DNA from: a virus
Strand: one strand, 5' to 3'
Virus record (IMG/VR): IMGVR_UViG_3300047476_001426
Span: 72,486-136,485 of that record
Length of the DNA: 64,000 nt
A program made the translations under genes and the position numbers. The notes beneath the pieces are model-generated. The model was not told where the DNA came from, did no database searches, and worked only from the letters and a program-made list of their open reading frames with translations. This document shows, piece after piece, positions 6,080 through 13,864 of the stretch. Numbering within the stretch: position 1 is the stretch's first letter; every line of letters starts with the position of its first letter.

Positions 6080-8152
6080 ATGACAACAAGAAATTTAGTT
6101 GCATTTCAAAAGAATTTGGTGTGTTCACCAAACGACGGTCAAGATAACAGAATCGCTGTAGCAACCGTACAATCCCACCTAATGCAATGGGGTTACATGT
6201 TAGACGAAGACGCTTTCTTCGCATTAGCCAAATCAGATTTATCGTTTATTCAAAACTTCAATGATGAAGTGTTGAATCATTTGAAAAATGTAATGGGAGG
6301 TAAACGTAATTACCAACCTTTATATAAAAACTTCCCACAAGAAGTGATGGTTATGTCCGACTTCGAATTGTACATGAATGCAATCATTCATTATTGGAGT
6401 AACGGTCAATGGGAACCATCTACCCATACTTACGAAAAAGAAATCAAGTTTGAGAAAATCAAATACAACTTGATTAAGTATGGTACTTCGGAAAGATTCT
6501 CAAAAATCTTCACTGACTTAGTGTCAATAAACACATCGTTAACTCCTCAAGACCTTGAGATTGTTAAATGGTTTGTTGAGAGCGGTGAAACATTAGTCTT
6601 CCCTGACACAATTCCATTCAAAGAGAATTTGTGTACATTGGCGGCAATGGGAATCTCGGGATTACCAGTTAAGACTTCAACCGATGTGTTAAGAATCGCC
6701 GTTCATCTTTCAGGTGGTGATATTAGTTTACCAAAAGTTCCTCAAAAGGAAATTAGGGCAAGTGTATGGACCACCCAAAGGATTACGAATCCTGAAAGAG
6801 AAAAGTTTAAATTCAAGAAATTCTCTCGTAAAGAGAGAAAATACATCTTGGGTTTACTGGAGAACACAAACTGTGACCCACGTGAAATGGTTTTAAGAGA
6901 CCAACGTTGGGTACGTTTAGGTGAAATATTACACCCGGGTGAATATAAAAACCAATTCCCTAAGTCTTTCGAGGCCTTCAACAAAATCCGAAACGAGAAA
7001 GTTAAATCTTGGTTCGCACTTGTTAACGAAGGTTTCAATAAAGGATTAGAGAATGGTTTGAGAGTTTTGTCTCAAAGACCTGGTGAGTTCTCTCGTAGAA
7101 TGGATTGGTTGGTTCGTACATATCCAAAAGATATTGAACTGATTATGAAGTTCTTCGGAGAAGCGGTAAAAGGTACATCAAACAAAGTATTGTTTGAAGT
7201 TTACACTCACTTTGAAAATCGTACTGAACCTATGGATAATAGGTCTATTATGATAAAAGGGGCGAGAAAACGTACCACATTACCATCACTACCAGCAATC
7301 CCTAAAGAGATTGTGGAAACCATCCACTCTAAATTATTCGAAACACTTAGAGATAAGTTTTCGGTAATGGAATCTTTAGGTAACTGTTGGATTGATGAGG
7401 AATTGAAAAAAATTCCTTTACCAACCAACATGAGAAGTATGAACTTCTCAACTAAACCAACAATCAGAGGTCAAAGAGTTCCACTCGATAACCCTGATGC
7501 AAAAGTTATCAGACCGTTTGTTCATTGGATGGATAAACGTGGTAGCGAAGACTTGGATTTAAGTGTTACGTTTGTTGGTGAAAAGGTGTCAGAAGTACTA
7601 TCTTTCAGTAACTTGAGAGTTGGTAAATCTTGTCACTCAGGGGATGTGAGACATAGACAGGGTCCTTGTGCCGAGTACATCGACATTGATATTCAAGATG
7701 CATTGAAAAGAGGATTCAAATATGCAGTCATTGATGTGAGAAACTTCAATGGAGGTACTTTGAGTTCACTTGAAACGTCTTTTGGTATCATGGAACGAGA
7801 ACACCCTGAATCAAACAAAACATGGTTACCTGAAACAATTTCAAATTGTCAATCATTGGAATCAGCGTCGTCAAACACATTGATTTCTATTATTGACCTT
7901 GAAACTAAGGAGTACATCATGTTGGATATTGATTCATCAGGTTTCGTTACCGCAAGAGGTGACTTCAAACACACTCTTAAAGTGATTCAACAATACGCTG
8001 AATTACCAAAAGTAAGTGTTTATGACCTTATTCTTCTACACGTAGAAGGTCGAGGAAAACAAGTTACCCTTGATGAAAATGTCGACGTACACTTCAAGTA
8101 CGAGGACTTCTGTTACTCTTATGAGGAAACAGGAAAATTAATGGGTGTGTAA
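6080..8152 (+). CDS. Large helical protein with C-terminal TerD-like domain (~690 aa)
   Basis: C-terminal DLDLSV..HSGD..AEYIDID TerD-type motifs; ATG at 6080 preferred over TTG 6032. Confidence 0.8.
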   Translation: MTTRNLVAFQKNLVCSPNDGQDNRIAVATVQSHLMQWGYMLDEDAFFALAKSDLSFIQNFNDEVLNHLKNVMGGKRNYQPLYKNFPQEVMVMSDFELYMNAIIHYWSNGQWEPSTHTYEKEIKFEKIKYNLIKYGTSERFSKIFTDLVSINTSLTPQDLEIVKWFVESGETLVFPDTIPFKENLCTLAAMGISGLPVKTSTDVLRIAVHLSGGDISLPKVPQKEIRASVWTTQRITNPEREKFKFKKFSRKERKYILGLLENTNCDPREMVLRDQRWVRLGEILHPGEYKNQFPKSFEAFNKIRNEKVKSWFALVNEGFNKGLENGLRVLSQRPGEFSRRMDWLVRTYPKDIELIMKFFGEAVKGTSNKVLFEVYTHFENRTEPMDNRSIMIKGARKRTTLPSLPAIPKEIVETIHSKLFETLRDKFSVMESLGNCWIDEELKKIPLPTNMRSMNFSTKPTIRGQRVPLDNPDAKVIRPFVHWMDKRGSEDLDLSVTFVGEKVSEVLSFSNLRVGKSCHSGDVRHRQGPCAEYIDIDIQDALKRGFKYAVIDVRNFNGGTLSSLETSFGIMEREHPESNKTWLPETISNCQSLESASSNTLISIIDLETKEYIMLDIDSSGFVTARGDFKHTLKVIQQYAELPKVSVYDLILLHVEGRGKQVTLDENVDVHFKYEDFCYSYEETGKLMGV

Positions 8153-8259
8153 TATCACCCACTAAGTTCTTTGAAATTTTGTAATAGGGGTTAATCAGGC
8201 GTAAATGGTTAACATAAAAATGTAGTGAAGCTCGTTCCCTTCCTTACTAAAAAATATTA

Positions 8260-8860
8260 TATGTGGCTATGTGAGTCACTGAGAGGATAACGTTTACCTA
8301 CTATAGAAATCACGGAGTGGTACTATTTTAGGTCTTAGAGAAGGTGAAAGTATCGGTGCAAACGTCTTACTTCTAACATACAACTATCAGATACAACGTT
8401 AGACACACAATCTCCACATAACTTCTTAGACGGCTATGTATTGGGTTACTTCTATAAAATACAATTGGATGTAAAACCACCCGTACTCTTTCCGTCAACC
8501 ATTTTAATGGCTACGTATTCAGTTACTTCTATCTTTGACTTCAACTCAAAACCGATTACTGATACATTTTCCATTTACTTTAGTTCTTTGATAAAAACAT
8601 TGATGGCTATTGACCTTGTTACTTCTAGCTGGTTAACTCAGGTTCGATTCCTGAATTATCCTCGAAAGAGGGTGATTTATTACAAGTCATATTTCCATCT
8701 AACTTCTTTACCGGCTATGAGTGTAGTTACTTCTATCCTTTATTATACGATTTTACTCATTCAATTTCTGGTTTTTATATGAGGGGTGTAGCTCAGTTGG
8801 TAGAGCACGTATTACTGGTTTAATTTCTGTTAATACGGCTATAAGCTAAGTTACTTCTTA
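8260..8860 (+). repeat. Array of six structured RNA units with conserved GGCTA-N8-GTTACTTCT core
   Basis: Exact-spacing copies start at 8432, 8509, 8605, 8713, 8837; an expanded copy at 8265-8374. Confidence 0.85.
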
Positions 8861-8905
8861 GGCTGTTAACCTCGTGGTCGTAGGTTCGAATCCTACCACC
8901 CCTCC
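8781..8905 (+). ncRNA. tRNA-Asn(GTT)-like RNA with ~50 nt insert in the anticodon stem carrying the array motif
   Basis: AGGGGTG/CACCCCT acceptor; canonical D-arm; AGG-CTGTTAA-CCT; GTAGG-TTCGAAT-CCTAC. Confidence 0.8.
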
Positions 8906-8965
8906 TAATTGTTTCATGTGAAACAATGATAAACAACAAATTAACAACATTTTAAAACAACAAAA

Positions 8966-9412
8966 ATGGCAAAAACAACAACCGACGAAAAAGTTAAACA
9001 ATTGTTTGACCTCGTACAAGAAAAAAAATTAGCAATCGAAAAGGCGGAAAGACCTTGTTGGAAAACAAGTTGTAATTTCGGATTCTCAGCAAATTCTGCA
9101 CATGACAGGACATCAATTCCATTAGTGACTGATGTTCGTAAACTCGTAGAAATGTACGCTTTCTTAATGGAAAGACGTGATAAATCTGAAAGTGCTGCGA
9201 AAGAGCTTGGAGTTGATTACAATTTCACTTGGTTAGGATTTACAGTAGAGGAATGGAAAGACGATTTTCAAACTCGAGTGAATCAAATTTCAGTTCAAGA
9301 AAAACGTAAAGAACTCGCCGAATTAGAATCTCGTTTGAACGCAATTATTTCACCTGAATTAAGAGCACAAATGGAATTAGAGGCAATTGAAAAATTACTC
9401 AGTTCTAAGTAA
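8966..9412 (+). CDS. Hypothetical coiled-coil protein
   Basis: 148 aa ORF; helical C-terminus. Confidence 0.8.
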   Translation: MAKTTTDEKVKQLFDLVQEKKLAIEKAERPCWKTSCNFGFSANSAHDRTSIPLVTDVRKLVEMYAFLMERRDKSESAAKELGVDYNFTWLGFTVEEWKDDFQTRVNQISVQEKRKELAELESRLNAIISPELRAQMELEAIEKLLSSK

Positions 9413-9479
9413 AAACTTTTCTTAGTTTTAAAAAACTAAGTGGTGGAGTCGTACCGAAAAACCGGTCGTCCTATTAAGT

Positions 9480-9508
9480 AAGGGGTTGGGAAACTGACCC
9501 CTTTTTTA
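9480..9508 (+). terminator. Intrinsic terminator
   Basis: AAGGGGTT/GACCCCTT plus T-tract. Confidence 0.7.
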
Positions 9509-9538
9509 AATAAAATAATTTATATATATTTACAATAT

Positions 9539-10258
9539 ATGAGAATAGTTTGTATATCCGATACCCACTCTTTACATCCGTATATGTCACACGACATACC
9601 GAATGGTGATATATTAATACATTCTGGTGATTGTACAAATATTGGTGAAGAAAATGATGTTCGCGAGTTTATTACTTGGTTCCAAAATATTCGGGGATTT
9701 AGTCATAAAATTTTTATTGCAGGAAATCATGATTTTGCATTTGAAAGAGAACCTTCATGGTTGAATCTTTATACCGACCCAAATATTTTAACAGAACACA
9801 ATGTGACATATTTGGAAGATAGTGAATTAGAGATTGTGAGTTCTGAATTTTCAAGACCAATAAAAATATACGGTAGTCCGTGGCAACCCGAATTTTACGA
9901 TTGGGCTTTTAACTTACCGAGAAATGGTGAAGTTTTGGCATCAAGATGGGCGGATATACCTGATAATACGGATATTTTAATTACCCATGGACCTCCACAC
10001 GGTATTAGAGACTTTACTCCCACAAATTTACAAGTAGGATGTGAATTACTAAGAAGTAGAGTTTTTGAAATAAGACCGTTATTACATGTTTTTGGACATA
10101 TACACGGTGCTTATGGTGGTGTTGAGGTAGATGGTATTACTTTTGCAAATGCATCAATTTGTACTGAAAGATATAAACCAACAAATAAACCATTAGTTTT
10201 TGATTTAACAGAAAATAATGGTAATTTTACAATTACATACGTAGACGAAGAAAATTAA
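9539..10258 (+). CDS. Calcineurin-like metallophosphoesterase
   Basis: DTH, GD, GNHD, THGPP, GHIH motifs. Confidence 0.92.
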   Translation: MRIVCISDTHSLHPYMSHDIPNGDILIHSGDCTNIGEENDVREFITWFQNIRGFSHKIFIAGNHDFAFEREPSWLNLYTDPNILTEHNVTYLEDSELEIVSSEFSRPIKIYGSPWQPEFYDWAFNLPRNGEVLASRWADIPDNTDILITHGPPHGIRDFTPTNLQVGCELLRSRVFEIRPLLHVFGHIHGAYGGVEVDGITFANASICTERYKPTNKPLVFDLTENNGNFTITYVDEEN

Positions 10259-10285
10259 TTATCTTTGTTTCGTTCTTTGATTTAT

Positions 10286-10682
10286 GGGGGTGTATGGAAT
10301 CGATTGGCATTGATATCCTAAATGGGCACGTAGTCGGACTTCATCTACGACTTAAATCTACGGTGGAAAAATTCAAACGGCAACGTTTACAACAACATGG
10401 AAGTAGCAGGTCTTCTTGCAACTTCTAAAGTTGCTGCCTAATCGGCAGTAACTAACGGGTCGGTGGACACATAACCTTGGAACAGAAGTCCTTACAGTGT
10501 AATACCACTTAGAGTGTTAGGAGAATGGCCTGACTGTCTCTTTAAATTATAGTCAGGAACAGGTTTGTTGTTTTTCTGTGTATGAAATCAAATATTTGTT
10601 GGTTGTGAATAACCAAATAAACGTGTAGTCCATTTATGGTATGATGAGCAAGACGCGGGTTCGAAACCCGCCACCTCCACCA
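10286..10682 (+). ncRNA. ssrA: tmRNA; tag GNVYNNMEVAGLLATSKVAA* (10379-10441)
   Basis: GGGGGTG/CACCTCC-ACCA ends with G3-U70; GCGGG-TTCGAAA-CCCGC T-arm; internal tag ORF ending VAA. Confidence 0.92.
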
Positions 10683-10688
10683 AATAAG

Positions 10689-10715
10689 AAGGGGACCCTA
10701 AAGGTCCCCTTTTTT
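10689..10715. terminator. Bidirectional terminator between convergent units
   Basis: AAGGGGACC/GGTCCCCTT with A and T flanks. Confidence 0.75.
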
Positions 10716-11202
10716 ATTGTTTTGTTGGATTAATATTTGGTTCAGACATATTTTGAATGTAACCATCTATGATTCTACTGACCGCTTCAGGTTTGTCATC
10801 TGATTTAAATTTTACTTTAATCTTAGCCATTCCATAGTCGTCAATATTTTTACCTGAGTCAACTTTTATTCCTCTGATATTGTGTTTGTAATCTTTTTTC
10901 TTAAAAATCCCTAAAAGTGATTTTTTTAAATTTGATACATCACATGAATCATCGTCAAAAAGAAGTCTGGCGTCAAATTCGACATCCAATTCGTTTAACC
11001 CAATTGAAGAATGGTCCGCTAAAATATAATAAGGAACCACTATTTCTTTTTCCCCAACTTTAAAAGTTGTTGTTATTGGTGTACCATCTTCATTGAAATA
11101 ATTTTTTAAATTATCAATGTGTTGTCTTTCACTAATACTTTGGGCAACCATAGCCGCCTCTAAAAGACCACCAATAAGTTCTTCAATATTTAATTTTGAC
11201 AT
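10714..11202 (-). CDS. DUF2589 family protein
   Basis: IEELIGGLLEAAMVAQ..VPYYILADHSSIGLNELDVEF pattern. Confidence 0.7.
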   Translation of the reverse strand: MSKLNIEELIGGLLEAAMVAQSISERQHIDNLKNYFNEDGTPITTTFKVGEKEIVVPYYILADHSSIGLNELDVEFDARLLFDDDSCDVSNLKKSLLGIFKKKDYKHNIRGIKVDSGKNIDDYGMAKIKVKFKSDDKPEAVSRIIDGYIQNMSEPNINPTKQ

Positions 11203-11257
11203 TATTAAAAATTATGTTAATTAAATATAACACAATTTTTTGACAAAATCAAATACC

Positions 11258-11854
11258 TTATTTACTTGGGTCTGCCGTTAAAGGAATCAAAGATGGTTCT
11301 AACATCTGAGTAAGATAATCAGACAACTTTAACATACCCTCAGTTGGTGGTAATTGTTCTGCGTGAACTTTAACTTCATATTTAGCTGAGTTATCTGTAC
11401 TTCTTGTGTTTTCCTTATGAGTGGCAACTTTACCTGCAACAGTTGCTGAGAATTTCATACCCCACCAACTAGCAGATGCTGTCGCAGAATATGATGATTC
11501 ACTATCAGAACTCTCTTGAGATGTTTCTGAAGTTTTAACTTCCATTGTAAATCCAATGTCGGCAGAAGTGATTGCTAAAGCCGGAAGTGGAACCAATGGT
11601 AACATTGGAACTTTATTGTATAATTTTTGAATTTCTTGTTGACCTGTATCACCGTTTGTTACAACTCTATTCATTTCAACATCCAATGAACGAGCGGTAG
11701 TGTTACCGTCCTTATCTTTTTCAAATGCAACTTCAGAGATGTATCTCCAAGTAACTTCATTTAATTTCGCTTGTCCTTTAGCCATACCGACAATTGGGGA
11801 CACGATTAAGTCTTCAATAGGAAGACCCACAAATTGGTCTGCAATTCCTGCCAT
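11258..11854 (-). CDS. DUF2589 family protein
   Basis: GLPIEDLIVSP..AKGQAKL..VPMLPLVPLPALAITSADIGFTMEV pattern. Confidence 0.8.
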   Translation of the reverse strand: MAGIADQFVGLPIEDLIVSPIVGMAKGQAKLNEVTWRYISEVAFEKDKDGNTTARSLDVEMNRVVTNGDTGQQEIQKLYNKVPMLPLVPLPALAITSADIGFTMEVKTSETSQESSDSESSYSATASASWWGMKFSATVAGKVATHKENTRSTDNSAKYEVKVHAEQLPPTEGMLKLSDYLTQMLEPSLIPLTADPSK

Positions 11855-11914
11855 AATTTTGTTTTTTTAGTTAATTTATATAACAATAAATATCATGAGT
11901 AATGGTAAAATCGT

Positions 11915-12118
11915 TTACCCAAATTTGACCAAACCTTTATATTGTTTTTTGATTTTATCAATTTCGTTCATCGCTTCAGTGTATGTTTTTTTAATCTCTT
12001 CATTCACTGTAAAATCTAAAATTGTTTTACAATGTGGACAAGCGGAAACAGGATGTTTAATAATAAACTCTAAAGTTAATCCGAGTGGATTTTTACACAT
12101 TGGACAAGGAAGTGCCAT
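11915..12118 (-). CDS. Small zinc-ribbon protein
   Basis: CPMC..CPHC. Confidence 0.75.
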   Translation of the reverse strand: MALPCPMCKNPLGLTLEFIIKHPVSACPHCKTILDFTVNEEIKKTYTEAMNEIDKIKKQYKGLVKFG

Positions 12119-12159
12119 GATATAATATATGAATGGAGATATTATTTATCAAGGATAAA

Positions 12160-12280
12160 TAAATGAGGGGTATATAACGAACAAAGGAGTCGATTAAGAC
12201 CCCCTTGCCGAGATGTGGATACCTCCTTTCGTTTTTAGTCTGATTATCATCTCATGGCGACCAAACCATTTGACTCTAAT
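12160..12280 (-). ncRNA. Candidate small RNA after a TATTTATA motif
   Basis: Minus-strand GAGATG/CATCTC and AAAGGAG/CTCCTTT pairings; non-coding. Confidence 0.4.
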
Positions 12281-12303
12281 TATAAATATCTCGTAATCTT
12301 AAA

Positions 12304-13254
12304 TTATACGTATCTTTTGGCTAAAGTTTTTAACAAACCTATACCAATAACACCTGAAAGTGGGTTGAATCCTGAACCTTGTTCTTGTGATTCAATTTGA
12401 CTTAAATCTTGGGGATTTGTATTCTGAGCAATGTATTGACTGACTTGAGGGTCATTAGCCAACGCGGTTCTAAATTGTTCATTGTTCATCATATCATCTA
12501 ATTGATTCATACTTAAATCAGGTAACCCGAACATTTTAGCAACTTCACTCGAAGCAACTATCGACCTAAACATGTCTCGTCTTGATTGTCTACCCGCTCT
12601 TGTTACATTCCACCATTTACTCAACCAATTGCTTGGTTCCATACCTTTTTTTGCAACATATTGAGCCAATTTTTCATCTCTAAAAAAAGATTTCATTCCT
12701 GTTGCAACTGGTCCCTTACCTGTTAACATTTTAAGGTACCCTGCAGGTTGTTGACTTGCAATTTCTTTACCAATTCTCTGTGTTAACTGTACGGGTCTTA
12801 ATTTTGATGCGGTTTGTTTTAATGAACCAATACCATCTGACATTTTTTGTGCCCATGACTTATTAATACCACCAACCGCATTGATGGTTTGTTTTACACC
12901 GGCATCATCAAAGTGTTTTGACATCTTTAAAAATTGTTCTTTTGCACTTGGATTTTGCATCAAATATTTTACTAAATCATCACTACTTCTCATTGCGGTT
13001 TTTCCAGCAACACCAGCACCTTTTAATACTCTGATAAATGGTTTTACAATGAAATCACCAACTGTTGGTATTAAAGCGATTAACATAAGTCCTGCGTAGA
13101 TATACTCTTTTTTGTAGATATATCTAATGATTAGAATTATATCGGCGATTTCACCGATAATAGGGACAAAACCTGCAACCATTAAAATATTTTCAAGAGT
13201 GTCCTCCTTCAATACTTGTCTATTTTCTAATATTTGTTTTTTAGTAAGTTTCAT
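12304..13254 (-). CDS. Probable virion protein with pre-toxin TG-like helical hairpin
   Basis: GFVPIIGEIAD..GLMLIALIPTVGD resembles the PT-TG motif; LKE leader. Confidence 0.6.
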   Translation of the reverse strand: MKLTKKQILENRQVLKEDTLENILMVAGFVPIIGEIADIILIIRYIYKKEYIYAGLMLIALIPTVGDFIVKPFIRVLKGAGVAGKTAMRSSDDLVKYLMQNPSAKEQFLKMSKHFDDAGVKQTINAVGGINKSWAQKMSDGIGSLKQTASKLRPVQLTQRIGKEIASQQPAGYLKMLTGKGPVATGMKSFFRDEKLAQYVAKKGMEPSNWLSKWWNVTRAGRQSRRDMFRSIVASSEVAKMFGLPDLSMNQLDDMMNNEQFRTALANDPQVSQYIAQNTNPQDLSQIESQEQGSGFNPLSGVIGIGLLKTLAKRYV

Positions 13255-13853
13255 TAGTGAATAAATTTACAAAGTTTGTCTGCAATGGTCTCTCCCATGT
13301 TGGAATCTCTAATTACTTCCCCGAACATGTTACCCGCGTATCCCGAAGCAATACCACCTAAGTCAAGACCATAATTATTTCTATCAACACCAATGGTACT
13401 ACCAGCAATGTATCTTGATAACGCTTCTAAAACACTATCAATCATTTTTGGCATATGAGTTGAGCAATTTGACATGTCCTTGAATGGTAATAATATATCT
13501 CTCACATCGTAATCAGCGAACACTACCGATATTGTCGTTATTATTCCCTGATTTTTCCCACCAAAAACATATGTTAATAATACATTAATCACATATTCTT
13601 TAATTTGAGAACCACCAGCACTTAATAAATTACCACTAATATCTACATTCGAAAGAGGATTCTCAACTCCCTGAATCGCAGATTCAACTTCTTCAATTGA
13701 ATAACCTTCATTCAAAAGATTTGATGTGATGAAAAAATAACGTTCAAGAAAATACTCTTTATCTCTGATGTCATTTAACTCATCATACGAAGAATGTAAT
13801 TTTCTTTCTCTTTCCTCAAGTAAAGTTTCGTTTATGTATTTTCTTAATTCCAT
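13254..13853 (-). CDS. Hypothetical probable virion protein
   Basis: 199 aa; LLEE leader; coupled to its neighbour. Confidence 0.7.
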   Translation of the reverse strand: MELRKYINETLLEERERKLHSSYDELNDIRDKEYFLERYFFITSNLLNEGYSIEEVESAIQGVENPLSNVDISGNLLSAGGSQIKEYVINVLLTYVFGGKNQGIITTISVVFADYDVRDILLPFKDMSNCSTHMPKMIDSVLEALSRYIAGSTIGVDRNNYGLDLGGIASGYAGNMFGEVIRDSNMGETIADKLCKFIH

Positions 13854-13864
13854 TGTTAATTATT

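Noticed and set aside
8441-8782. 113-aa ORF across the repeat array
   Set aside because: TTG start, no recognisable motif; the region is better explained by covarying RNA units
8260-8860. CRISPR array interpretation
   Set aside because: Conserved part is split by a variable segment, unit lengths vary widely, spacers pair internally, no cas genes in the window
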